Shown here piece by piece: positions 25,670 through 37,809 of a stretch of 64,000 nucleotides of DNA. The stretch is taken from positions 64,480,001-64,544,000 of the forward strand of contig NC_135896.1 of assembly GCF_964194155.1 (NCBI RefSeq), given 5' to 3'. The notes under the pieces are model-generated. The model saw nothing but the letters and a program-made list of their open reading frames with translations, did no database searches and was not told the origin of the DNA. A program made the translations under genes and the position numbers. The number at the start of each line of letters is the position of its first letter. The first letter of the stretch is position 1. The stretch comes from Cetorhinus maximus. Taxonomy: Eukaryota.

Positions 25670-26252
25670 ATAAACATAGAAACATAGAAAATAAGAGTAG
25701 GCCATTTGGCCCTTCAAGTCTGCTCCGCCATTCATTATGATCATGGCTGATCAACCAATTCAATAGCCTGCTCCCGCTTTCTCCCCATATCCGTTGATCC
25801 CCTTTGCCCCAAGGGCTATATCTAACGCCTTCTTGAAAACATACAATGTTTTGGCCTCAACTACTTTCTGTGGTCGTGAATTCCACAGGCTCACCACTCT
25901 CTGGGTGAAGAAATTTCTCCTCATCTCAGTCCTAAATGGTCTACCCTGTATCTTCAGACTGTGACCCCTGGTTCTGGACTCCCCCAGCATCGGGAACATC
26001 CTTCCTGCACCTACCCTGTCTAGTCCTGTTAGAATTTTATAGGTTTTTATGAGATACCCCCTCTTTCTTCTGAACTCCAGCAAATATAATCCTAACCGAC
26101 TCAATCTCTCCTCATATGTCAGTACCACAATCCCAGGAATCAGTCTGGTAAACCTTCACTACACTCCCTCTACAGCAAGAACATCCTTCCTCAGATAAGG
26201 ACACCAAAACTGCACACAATATTCCAGGTGTGGTCTCACCAAGGCCCTGTAT
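25670..26252 (-). mobile_element. Young CR1 LINE 3' fragment
   Basis: ORF LTYEERLSRLGLYLLEFRR..TRGHSLKI..RRNFFTQRVVSLWNS; terminal (aaacatag)n repeats; closely resembles 62380-62925. Confidence 0.93.
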
Positions 26253-26909
26253 AAAAAATGTTGAGTTGAGCTGAGTGTACACGAACTCAGACTTTGTCCT
26301 TACAGATCACAAGTGTTAAGAAATAACAGATAAATTCCTTGAACTTTGTTCATGGGGTGAACTAGATGATTAGATACTGCGCCAAATTATTGTTGGACTC
26401 GCCTTAGACTACATAAAATAAGCAATCTATTTCCTCCAAACAGATCAATCGAAATATGGATACAGACAGCACTCCGTCTACTGGCACAAATGACCTAGCC
26501 TACATTCAAATATTTATACTAACAAAATATCTATGCCACTTTTGAATAACACTAAACTAGCATCCCATAATACTCAAATTGATCACAAAATCAAAATGGA
26601 ACTATCAATTGATCTGTCTCATTGGGTGGTGGTGGTTGGGTGTGGGGTTGCAAGGGATGGGATGGGGAAAAGAATTCTTGACACTATGCTGTAGAACAGG
26701 CGGGTGGAAGTTTATTCTCCGGCGGAGCAGAAACATAGATCTAGGAAGAGGTCTTGGATGCATTCTAAAAATCATTTCCCAGTTTGACCAAGTGCTTCAC
26801 CTTTATTCCAGAGCCTGGTTCTGAATATCACTACCATAAACATATCAATCATATTTATATAATGATGGTACAGTTATGTAAAATGTAACATAACTGTTAT
26901 TTAAAAATT

Positions 26910-27190
26910 TACATATATACTGACTTTCATCACCTCTCCTTGAATTGCCCCAAAGCACTTCACGTGAAACTAATTAATTTGAAGTGCAGTGGCTTGAATG
27001 ACAGTATTCAGTAGCAATTTGATACACAGTTGGTTCCCATAAACAGCAATGAATTTCCAGGTAACTTTTTTATGGCATTGGTAGGTTGAAGAATGGAAGT
27101 TCCCCACGCTTCAAACCCTGCCATAAGATCTTTAATATTCACCTGAACTACTGGAGCAAGCAAATGGGCCTTGGTTTGAGAGGAACAACA
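26910..27190 (-). mobile_element. Degenerate Deu-domain SINE
   Basis: cccaaagcacttcac..gaagtgcagt, ccataagatctttaatattcacctga..gggccttggttt, as in 33010-33425. Confidence 0.6.
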
Positions 27191-28629
27191 GAAGCACTTT
27201 ATACAAATATATTTTACGATTTTACACACTTAAGTTGAATTTTTCTGCACATCTTGCTAACTTATGTTTTCCTATGACTTTCCATAATCCTGGTTGCGCT
27301 TTGGCACATGCAATTCGGTTATCAGCAGCTTGCAATGTTGCTCCCTGAACTCCCATTTCTGTGCATAATAATGAAGAACAGCCAAAGACAAATGCCATGT
27401 AGTAATCTTTCCTGTCAGAGAAACTCCTAACACTCCTACCAATGGCTTTATACCATCCCTACCGATATCATCACTCTAGCCACGTGTCTACATCTCCCCT
27501 CATTCTGAGTACTTTTATCTTTGCCATGTCACGTAACAAACTCCTAACCTATAAAGTTGGCTGTTCATTCGTGAACTTTGTTCTCCATTATATCATTTTT
27601 TTTTAAAGTAACAAAGCAATTTGACTATATAGAGCTTTAGATAAAATACAAGACATTCATCTGTGTGTTGCAAAAATGTTCATCTTATTTGTGTACACTG
27701 CATACATGAGGTCACATCACTGAACCCCTTCCAATTTGAAAATTTGACTTCACTGTATATTGTACGAAAAAATAACTTGGCTGGTATTCAACTCTCAGCA
27801 AACAATCTGTGAACTTTGTTTCCCAAAGCAAAGATTACATCTTACAGCTTCTGATCCAAACAGTGTAAAACAGGCACATGTACCAATTTCTTCTTTACAA
27901 CCTGGAAATAATTGTCTCCAAATTTAGAAGTACAGTGCATTGATTGCAGATGACCAAACGCATCAGAACTTTAATGTGAGGGTGTTTTCCTCAAACATGA
28001 TGCCCTTACAGTATTTTCAATTTGAAGATGTGGCATGTGAATGCCCAATTGTATCTGTTACTTAAACTATTCTCTTCTCACACCTGTAGCCTCACAACTC
28101 AAATCACTCTTCCTCCTGCTTCTCTTCACTCTCCTACAATCTCTGCACCACTATCAACTCATCTCCCACTACAACCCTCACTTACCCATGCTTATATATT
28201 GCACATATCTGCATTGTTCAACCATGATAGGCAGGTCCTCAAATCCGCAAGGTTACCAGTAACCCTGGAGTGAGTGGTCAGCTTCAGCAACACAACAGTG
28301 GCATCTTTATTTTATTCTAATGAGATGTTTTAATATTTTCAGTGTGCATCTGCTACACTAAACCCTTTAAACCCATTTTACACCTCTATAATGGGAATAG
28401 CACAACTGAATTTCTCGGCCCATTGATTTCTCATCAATTACCGCATATACTCATATACCATGCGAAAGTCGACCAATGATTTTTGGCCTAAACACCTGTA
28501 GTTTTTCACACATCTCCAGTAAAAGTCAACATTACTAGAAATCATAGCCCAAAAATTTCAGAACCAAAGTATAATCTCTACAATCACATCAAAAAATCAA
28601 ATTAGTTATTAATTTTAAAAAAATACAAT

Positions 28630-29820
28630 TAGCATATTTCCTCCTTCTACGAATGTTATATATTTAAATGAGATCACCTCTCTAATTCTAAACTCCAGAG
28701 AAAATAGGCTCATTCTACTCAATCTCTCCTCATAGGACAAACCTCTCATCTCAAGAATCAATCTAATGAACCTCTGCTGTATTCCCTCCTTGGTTAGTGC
28801 ATCATTTCTCAGGTAAGGAGGCCATAACTGTTTACAGAGCTCCTGATGTAGTCTCAATAATGCCATATATAATTACAGATAGATTTTCTCACTCTTGTCC
28901 TTTATTGCAAGAGTTTGGAGTATAACATAACAATTAGACCATAAGGTGTAGAAGCAGAAGTAGGCCATTTGGTCCATCAAGTCTGCTCTGCCATTCAATG
29001 AGATCATTGCTGATCCGATAATCTTCGACTCCACTTTCCTGTCTTTTCTCCATAACCCTTGATTCCCTTACTGATTGAAAATCTGTCTGAGTCTTTAGCC
29101 CCGTTAGTTTCTCTAGTACTTTTTCTCTAGTGATAATTATTGTATTTATTTCCTCCCCCGCCTCTTTTGCCCCTTGATTATTTAGTATTTTTGAAATGCT
29201 ATTAGTATCTTCTACCGTGAAGACTGATGCAAAGTATTCAACTCCTCTGCCGTTTCCTGGTTCCCCATTATTATATCCCCAGACCCGAAGGGGCCTATGT
29301 TCATTTTGGCCTCCGAGTTCCATTTTACATATTTAAAGAAGCTCTTACTGTCTGTTTTTATATTACTTGCTAGTTTACCCTCAAAGTTTATTTTCTCTCT
29401 CTTCTTTTTTGGTCATCTTTTGTTTGTTTTTAAAACTTTCCCCATTTCTCTGGCTTACCACTAATCTTTGCCACATAGTATCAAATTGAAAGAAAAAACA
29501 TACAATCCCTAATTTCTTTGGTTAACTATGGTTGGTTTATTCCGTTCCTAGAATCCTTCTCCATCACTATATATCTTTGTTGTGATTCATGAACTATTTT
29601 CTGGAACTTCTGCTATTGTTCATCAACCGTCTTTTCTGCTAAACTCCTAAATTCCCTTTGTGATTCATGTAAAAGGAACACCGAGTCCCTCTGAACACCA
29701 ACATTTACTAGTTTCACATCTTTTAAAAAATATTCTGATTTTCCATTCTTCCCAGTGAACAATTTCACACTTCCAAGATTATACTCCATCTGCCACCTCT
29801 TGCCCAATCACTTAGCCTAA
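28630..29820 (-). mobile_element. Nested CR1 LINE fragments
   Basis: LWPPYLRND..LSYEERLSRMSLFSLEFR, YFASVFTVED..REKVLEKL, RWQMEYNL; internal CR1 3' tail at ~28935-29085. Confidence 0.85.
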
Positions 29821-30289
29821 ACACTAGACTAGACGCGGATTACAAATACTTATTTTTGTAATAAACCCATTTTCAGCTACATTAATAAAAGTGCACCAGG
29901 TTACCACACTCAAATATAACAAAGAATGTTTTTTAAGTGTTTTAAAATGCTGCCCGATTGAATTGGCACATGGGACATTTGTATTTGGTGATATGTAAAT
30001 TAGGTTGAGCAGAAAATTGAGCAAGAAAAAATCTTGTTAAAACTAGCTCAATTGTGCCCACAATTTGCACCCAGATTGCCAACACACAAAGCAGAAACTC
30101 TTGACCAGAAATAGATTTGTATTGATGGTATCACTTGGTGAGATCAAGTGGGTCGGAATGGCAGTGGGAAATGTATGTTGGGACCAAAACTCTCTTCAAT
30201 ATCCCTGTATGAGTGACCAATTTGTTGAACTGTACAGTCCTTTAAGATGGCCACACATGCATGCACCTTAAAAGGAATGCTGCCTATGC

Positions 30290-31270
30290 ACGACTGTTTC
30301 CTGCAAGGCACATTCCTGACTGCAGTGTGACCACCTAGAGGAATGTTGGTTGGGACTAATAACACTGGAAGTAGTAAATTTGGCATCCTGCAAAGGGAGT
30401 TTTGCAATTAGGAGATAGATTAAAGAGCAAGACCTCAAAAGGTAATAAATCTCAGGATAACTCCCAGTGCCATGCACTGGTTTGGATAGGAATAGTAACA
30501 GGAGGGAGTTTTTAAAAAGTGGTTAGAAAGAAAGGTTAAAAAGACGGAAGGAAAAGCTCCGATTTCAGAAAACCTAGGACCATTTAGCCAGAAAAAGAGG
30601 GATGGGCTTCACCAGAACAAAATTATTGGTGGAAGAGTAAATGATGTGGTGGGGGAAGTGTTTAAACTAAAACAGCAGAGGGGATAAAAAAAACAGGTAA
30701 GTAAGGAAGGAAAGCAAGAAAAACAATGAATGCAGAAAAGGTAACAGAGTAAAACAGGAAAGTTACATAGAACAGATCACCAACAAAAGGGATAAAAACC
30801 AATAAGATTAACAGACAGCAACAAGCTTGAGTTGCAAGTGCACAAAGAATTGAGACTAAAATTGGTGAACTAAAGATAAAAATTGTTAAGGAGAATAATA
30901 TAAAAGCATTAAAAGAGAAGTGATTTGACAGAGATGTTGCTTCAGCTAAAGCAGGACTGGATGCAAAGCATTCTTAGTTACAAAATTAAGATAGACTATG
31001 AAAAAAGGGAAAGTTGATGAGAGTAATCAAACATTTAATCACGAGGGTGCTAAAGGGGTGATGCAAAAGTTGAATTCATTTGCTTAGAATTTGAATTAAA
31101 AAAGGGAATGATTACTCTTTTGGGGACATATGCACCAAACAATGGAAAGGGGTTAGCCAAAAGTTACATTAAAAACTGCAAAATACATAAATGATTGATT
31201 TTAATTATTCTAAGATTGGGTAAAAGTAATGAGTGTGGTAGCAGCGAGTGGGGGACATACCGAAACAAAA
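30290..31270 (+). mobile_element. Old CR1 5' region (ORF1 esterase + APE remnant)
   Basis: gttgggactaataac (VGTNN), taaagagcaagacctcaaaaggtaataaatctcagga (LKSKTSKVIISG) and a degenerate APE start. Confidence 0.6.
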
Positions 31271-31654
31271 TTTTGCCACAGTTTTAACAGAGGTGTGTGG
31301 CTAACAAAAAAATTTACAGTACAAAATTAACAATAACACATTGGTCTAATGTACTACAGGATGGCAACTGCATGACTGGACATGTTCAAAACCATGTCTT
31401 TGCATGTTTGCAAATTTTAAAATGTCTTGCTCAGTTGCAGAAAGTTACATCCCATTGTTTACTGAATAATTATAATTGTTTTAAAGAAATTCCCTAGAGA
31501 TGTTTTTGAGGTATTTCAGCAAAAACATGTTTGTTAGTAATTGAAACCTCTATTCCTCCTAGGACTTCAAATGGAAATAGTTTGTTAAACATATGTTGCC
31601 TTTTGGGATTTTATTTGTTCTAAATTTGCTCCAGCCCAGGAATGTTTTCTTTGC

Positions 31655-32420
31655 AACACCTGCCTTTACCTCCTCACAATCCAAGGCCCTAAACACTCTT
31701 CCAAGTGAAACAAGTATTTATGTGTACTTCTTTCCATTCAGTATACTATACTGTATTAACTGCTCACAATGCCTTCTGATCTACCTAGGGGCTTCTGTAG
31801 AACACCACCATTCAGTCTTCAAGCCTGACCTCGAGTTTCCGGTTGCCAGCCATTTTAATTCTCCACCTTGCTCCCATGCTGACCTCTCTGGAACACTATC
31901 GGAAACCAAGGGACAATAAAGCTCAACACAAGTTTGAGGAACAGCACCCCATCTTTCAGCTCGGCACTTTACAGCCTTCTGGGCTCAATATGTTGAGTTG
32001 AACAATTGCTTACTGTAACCTCTGCCCACATTTTGTTTCCTTTTTCTTTACAGTTTCTGGTTCTACGGTGTTGTTTTCTTTTTTCGCTTTCAGTTGGCAA
32101 ACTATTGATTATTTTCTCATCCAGACCTCCTCCTCTAGACATTAATTCCTTTATTTGTCCCAGTACCACTCCTTCTGGCCTTGCACCATCAACCCATTTG
32201 ACATTTAATCTAGTCTTCCACCCGATTTCCTTTTTTGTATTTTTTCCACACGTTCCTTTCACTTGCTTTAAATCTATTTCATCAGAACTGGGAAAAGTTA
32301 GAAATGTAAGATCATCGAACTAAAACATTCACACTGTTTCCCTCTCCACAGATGCTAAATATTTCCAGCATTTTTTTGTTTTTTTAAGATTGCCAGCATC
32401 TGCAGTATTTGGCTTTTATG
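31655..32420 (+). mobile_element. Penelope-like element, second family, 3' part (GIY-YIG + tail)
   Basis: LYCINCSQCLLIYLG..EHHHSV..PVASHFNSPPCSH, followed by the tctccacagatgct..tttccagca..ccagcatctgcagtattt tail. Confidence 0.8.
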
Positions 32421-32529
32421 TTTTTTTCACACCTGGGTTGGCTTCTCGCACCAAGATACATAATTAAATGTCCAACCACAATCATGAGTTAAACAACATC
32501 CAAAATATTGCTTAGTATATGATGGGTTG

Positions 32530-32597
32530 ATTTGTTTAATTTAAATTTGTTTAATTTGTTTAATTTAATTTGTTTAATATGATGTATTTTGTTTAAG
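32530..32597. repeat. Short AT-rich tandem repeat (TTTGTTTAA x5)
   Basis: Five copies of tttgtttaa with short variable linkers. Confidence 0.8.
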
Positions 32598-33009
32598 AGT
32601 CATTGCTAACATTTTCGTACCTGACAGACCTCAATTTTGATTTAAAAGTCACTTATTTTGCTGTACCAAATTATTAAAAAGCACATTTAACATTTGTTTA
32701 AATGGGTCACTGATTAGTCTGACCACATAGATAAATCTCACAAACAGCTGCCTGCCCATGAAATAACATTTTCATTCATGATATTGTATAATTTTTGATA
32801 GGAAGCATTTCACTTCACTTAAATGAAATGCATGGGACTTAGAACAAACGTACTAGTATTTAGTATAAGCAAGTCAAGTTGCACAAACCCATTTTTCCTT
32901 AAATCCTAAGAAACACTACGAGGTGAAGAATTAAAATGGCTAACAACAGTAAAAGTAGTTACAAAAATAGCAACAAAAACACAAGTGATGCAACCGACTC
33001 AATATTAGA

Positions 33010-33425
33010 CATGGAAAGAACTTGTATTTATGTATTGCCTTTTACAACCTCAGGAGGTCCTGACCAATGAATGACTTTTAAAACATAGCCTGTGTTCTAA
33101 TGTATACAATACAGCTGCCCATTTGCACACAGCAGGTCCCACAAATAGTGATGAAACAGATAACCAGATCATCTGCATTGGACCAGTTGGCGAAGGACAA
33201 ATAATGGTCAGGTCATCAGGAGAATTCCCCTGAACTGTATCGAATAGTTCCACATGATCTTTTACATCCACCTAAAGGGGACAATGAGACCTCAGTTTAA
33301 CATCTCACCTGAAAGGGCACATTTCTAACTGTGCAGCCTTCCCTCAGTACAATGGCTCATTGGCAGCCTAGATTACGTGGTCAAGTGGGGTTCGAACTCA
33401 TGACCTTTCTGACTCAGAGGCAAAG
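33010..33425 (-). mobile_element. Deu-domain tRNA SINE (SacSINE1/AmnSINE-like)
   Basis: Minus strand: B box GAGTTCGAACC, then GGTGAGATGTTAAACTGAGG..GGTGGATGTAAAAGATCATGTGGAACTATTCGA (Deu domain) and an L2-like 3' tail. Confidence 0.85.
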
Positions 33426-33563
33426 ATTCAAGAAACACAGCTTCAACTGGTTCACCAGATCACTGTAGATACTAAACAACCATTACATCTTGGATTCCAT
33501 ACACAAACACCTGAGTTATTACTGAGAGAGCTTGAAGTGACAAGTACCGGACACATGCGCACA

Positions 33564-33695
33564 CCCAGAGCCCAGTGATGCCCCAGGCACCTCTCTCTCT
33601 CACACACACACACCCAGAGCCCAGTGATACCGGGCACCTCTCACACACACACACACACACATACATACCCACCCAGAGCCTTGTGATACTGAGCA

Positions 33696-33727
<32 letters not shown>

Positions 33728-33803
33728 CCAGAGCCCAGTGATACTGAGCACCTCTCTCTCTCTCACACACACACACACACCCAGAGCCCAGTGATACTGG
33801 CAC

Positions 33804-33836
<33 letters not shown>

Positions 33837-34132
33837 CCAGAGCCCAGTGATACTGGCACCTCTCACACACACACACACACCCAGAGCCCAGTGATACCAG
33901 GCACCTTACACACACACACACCCACCCACCCAGAGCCCAGTGATACTGGCACCTCTCACACACACACACCCAGAGCCCAGTGATACTGGCACCTCTCACA
34001 CACACACACACACCCAGAGCCCAGTGATACCAGGCACCTTACACACACACACACCCACCCACCCAGAGCCCAGTGATACTGGCACCTCTCACACACACAC
34101 ACCCAGGCAGAGCCTAGTGATATCGAGCACCT
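33564..34132. repeat. Compound minisatellite: 12 copies of CCCAGAGCCCAGTGATACTGGCACC separated by (TC)n(AC)n
   Basis: Counted directly; units start near 33564, 33613, 33672, 33727, 33780, 33836, 33880, 33929, 33969, 34013, 34062 and 34102. Confidence 0.95.
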
Positions 34133-34139
34133 CACTCAC

Positions 34140-34330
34140 CAGAAGCCTGAGCTACTAACGGTTCCTACGAATAGCTCCGAGACCGGCCCAGGCCCTACCG
34201 CTGTCTGGGTTTGATGCCTCTGTACCGACTGGTGTAAAAGCAGTAACTTGCCGCCGCAAAACCCGGTGTATGAGTCACCGGGCCCGTCTCAGCCACCAGC
34301 CTCAGTTACTGCAGTAACCAGCGCTGCGCG
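34140..34330 (-). other. SEC23A: Probable non-coding exon 1 of SEC23A (TSS approximate)
   Basis: Consensus donor CTG|GTGAGT at 34140/34139 at the edge of the only promoter-like CpG-rich region; exon 2 has an acceptor upstream of the ATG, so an earlier exon must exist. Confidence 0.65.
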
Positions 34331-34705
34331 AACAGCTGACGCGGTCAATATGGCAGATTTTGCCACGTAGCGGCGGGAGGCGGCACCAAACTGGTGGAGT
34401 GGGTGGGGGGGGTGGAGCCGGGGACGGTAGGTGGGGCCGGTGAGCGGGGTGGGGCCTAGCTAGTGGGCGGAGCATGGTGCAGAAGGCGGGGCCGGGCTCT
34501 GGACAGTGGGCGGGGCGGGGCGGTGCGTGGTCTGGGATGGGTCCGTGGCCTGACAGGGCACTGTCCCGGTGACGGAGTTTCTCCGAAAACGCTTCGGGAC
34601 CAACGTGTCTTAGCTGCTGACACCTCAGCTTCTTACTCACCACGGAGGGTCCGGCCCGCCGACCCTCATAAACGGCAACGCTTCACAGGTGGACCACTTC
34701 GCTAA
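34150..34705 (-). promoter_or_regulatory. CpG island / SEC23A promoter
   Basis: High CpG density; GC boxes (GGGCGGGGCGGGGCGG ~34508-34523, GGCGGGGCC ~34485); TGCCACGT 34361-34368; TGACG 34337-34341; TGAGTCA 34271-34277. Confidence 0.85.
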
Positions 34706-34929
34706 AACAATGTCCAATCTGGAGCTTCCCTTATGGACCTTTGGACACACTTCAGTAGATCAGCAAATGTGGTACCAGGTTGGCAAGAATCAAATGCCCC
34801 TGTTACAGGCCACCGCAAAAAGAAGAAAGAGACAAAGAGCTTACTTCAGCTAAAATCAGCGTCACATACGCAACATAATTCTGACGCAACAAAATAAGTA
34901 TAACAAAATAAACCATGGATAAGAAGCGC

Positions 34930-35395
34930 AGAACCATAGAAAGGTTACAGCACAGAAAGAGGCCATTCAGCCCATTATGTCTGCGACAGCTAAAAAAAGG
35001 GAAAAACAACGAAACCAGCCGCTTATTTTAATCCCACTTTCCAGCACCTGGTCCTTGTAGGTGACAGCACTTCAGATGCAGGTACCTTGTAAATGAGTTG
35101 AGCTTTTCAGCTTCAACCACCAATTCAGGCAGTGAATTCCAGCCATCCACCACCCTCTGGGTATTAAGGTTTTTCCTCATGTCCGCTCTAATACTTCTAC
35201 CCGATCACCTAAAACCTATGCCGCCTGGTAACTACTCAGCTAGGGAAACAGGTCTTTACTGTCTACCCTATCTAGGCCTTGTACACCTCAATTAGGTCAC
35301 CCCTCAGTCTCCTCTGTTCTAAGGAAAACAACCCTAGCCTATCCGAACTTTCTTCATAGTTGCAATGTTCAAGGCCTGGCAATATTCTTGCAAAT
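34930..35395 (-). mobile_element. CR1 LINE 3' fragment
   Basis: aggccattcagccc tail; gaattccagccatccaccaccctctggg; ctcctctgttctaaggaaaacaaccc. Confidence 0.8.
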
Positions 35396-35462
35396 CATAA
35401 ATAAAACATGCTGGAAATTGGCAGTAGGCCTGGCAGCAACTGTGGAGAGAGAAACAGTTAAT

Positions 35463-35959
35463 GGGCCATAACTTCTTCAGAGTGGAGGGGTTGGGCCGGG
35501 GGTGGGGTGGGGGGGGAGAACAGTGGATTCGGGTCAGGTCAGTCGGCATTGGTAAGGCAGAGGGGGGTCGGGCCAAGGGAATCAGGGGCGGTGGGGAATA
35601 CCGTGTTGGGGAGGGGTAGCTGGGGAAGAGATGAGTCCTCTAGGTGGTCGGGAGTCCCGTGTTGCTGGGGTGGGGGGGGTCTGTGTCTGTACAACAGTTA
35701 CCCAGATGTGAGAAGAGGTTTTAATTCTTCTAACTTTTTCTGAGTAACTATTGTGCAACACAGCCAGAACCATCCGAAGTTTGCTATTTAAATCATATTT
35801 TCAGATGGTTCCCAGAGCAGGGCAATTGTCCAGAGGAAGTTTGCACTTCTAGGCAATTGCTTTGCAAAACCCTGACCTTTGAGGTTACAAGTGGCGTTCC
35901 CCAGCACATCTTTGTGGTATCCCCCAGATCCGATGCTGGGAAGCTCAAAGTTACGGCCC
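35463..35959 (+). mobile_element. MITE with GGGCCRTAACTT terminal inverted repeats (copy 1)
   Basis: GGGCCATAACTT ... AAGTTACGGCCC; interrupts a Penelope tail; internal homology to 43321-44063 and 56313-56802. Confidence 0.8.
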
Positions 35960-36239
35960 CCAGTGTTTCAGGTCAATTAACTTGCGTCTGAACAGGAAAA
36001 AGGACAGGTTTTAAGCAGTGAAAGAACAAAATCTGCAGGGCAGAATTAGGAGAAATTAAATGGCATATGGAATGATGGTCAAGTGGATGGTACTGGGAAA
36101 ACTAAATCAAGGTTACGTGTCTAGACTCTACTCTGCATAGCCCACACAATAGACTCACTGAGTAAATCTGCAGAGGTAAATTGCAGCATCCAGAGTTCCC
36201 CATTCAATCCAAAATTAGCTACGTTTATAGTTCCGGCAG

Positions 36240-37616
36240 AGCTACAAAACCGTCAACTACCCAGTATTGTGAAATATTGCACAAAATGTCCTGTCCATAA
36301 AAAGGAGAAATCCAACCAGGCCAATTACCAACCTGTTAGTGTACTCTCGATTATCAGCAAAGTGACAGAAGGTGACATGGACAGTGCTATCAAGCGGCAC
36401 TTACTCAACAATAACCGGCTGACATTCAGTTTGGGTGCTGCCAGTGCCACTCAGCTCATGAACTCATTACAGCCTTGGTCCAAACATGGACTTAAAGAGC
36501 TGAACTCAAGAGGTGAGGTGAGAGTGACTTCCTTGACATCATGGCAGCATTTGACCACGTCTGGCATCAAGTAGCCCTAACAAAACTGGAATCAATGGGA
36601 ATTGGAGGAAAATTTCCTACTGGAGTCATACCTAGAACAATCATCTTATTCCCAGAATAGTGCTACAGGAGTTTCTCAGAATATTGTCCTAAGCCCAACC
36701 ATCGTCAGCTGCTTCATCAATGACCTTCCATAAGGTCAGAAGTAAGGATGTTTCCTGATGAGTCCAGTGTTCAGCACCATTCGCCACTCCTCAGATACTG
36801 AAGCAGTCCATGTTCATATGGATAACATTCAGACTTGGCTGATAAGTGGCAAGTAGCATTTGCAGCATACAAGTGCCAAGCAATGACCATCTCCCCTTCA
36901 ATGGCTCAATACCATTACTGAATCCCCCATTATCAACATCCTGAGGGTTACCATTGACTAGGTACTGAACTGGGCCAGCCATATAAATACTGTGGCTACA
37001 AGAGAGGGCAGAAGCTGGAAATTCTGCAGCGAGTACCTCACTTCCTGACTTCCTAAAACCTATCCACCATCTACAAGGCACAAGTCAGAGCGTGATGGAA
37101 TACTCTCCACTTGCCTAGATGAGTGCAGCTCCAACGACACTCAAGAACCTGGCTCAAGAAGCCAGGTCAAAGCAGCCCATTTGATTCATACCCCATCCAC
37201 CACCTTAAATATTCAGTCCCTCCACCTCCTGTACACAGCGGCAGCAGTGTGTACCATCTTCAAGATGCACTGCAGCAACTTGCCAAGGCTCCTTAAGCAG
37301 CATCTTCCAAACCCACAAATTCTACAACCTAAAAGGACAAGGGTAGCAAATGCATGGGAACACCACCGCCTGCAAGTTTCCCTCCAAGCCACACACCATC
37401 CTGCATTGGAACGATATTGCCATTCCTTCATGCTTCTGGGTCAAAATCTTGGAATTCCCTCCCAAACAGCACTGAGAGTGTACCTACACCACACGGACTG
37501 CTGTGGTTCAAGAAGGTGGCTCGCCACCACCTTTCAAGGGCAGTTAGGGATGAGCAATAAACGCTGGCTAAGCCAGCAACGCCTTCATCCTGTGAATTAA
37601 TAAACTAAATAAAAAA
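36240..37616 (+). mobile_element. LINE family B (CR1/jockey-group RT), 5'-truncated
   Basis: CPVHKK..SNQANYQPVSVLSIISKV; GSKSWNSLPNS; ends gagcaataaacgctggc..A-rich tail. Confidence 0.9.
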
Positions 37617-37809
37617 GTTCCTTATTGATTTCCTGATGTCAGCCAGGACAGCAAGAATAAAAACAATAGAGCTCAAAGTTTATGGGAAAAGAATGGAAAG
37701 ATGATAAAACAAACCCAAGTTTCCGACTTTCAGCACTTTCCAGTAGGCAATGTTGGAAAACGTGTGGGCAGTATACAACAGCAAGATGAAGAAGAAAGAA
37801 AAATATAAT

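Noticed and set aside
33564-34132. CRISPR-like appearance (palindromic constant repeat with variable spacers)
   Set aside because: Spacers are only TC/AC dinucleotide runs, not unique sequences; no cas genes; vertebrate intron context.
33564-34132. CAGTGA as an iron-responsive-element loop in each repeat
   Set aside because: The five bases either side do not pair as an IRE upper stem, and it is antisense to SEC23A.
33472-34158. Several overlapping ORFs (CVCV / THTH rich)
   Set aside because: Artefacts of a stop-free microsatellite array.
34302-34705. 113-aa and 80-aa ORFs in the CpG island, considered as GEMIN2 or a novel gene
   Set aside because: Low-complexity Pro/Arg/Gly translation expected from GC-rich DNA; no resemblance to a protein I recognise.
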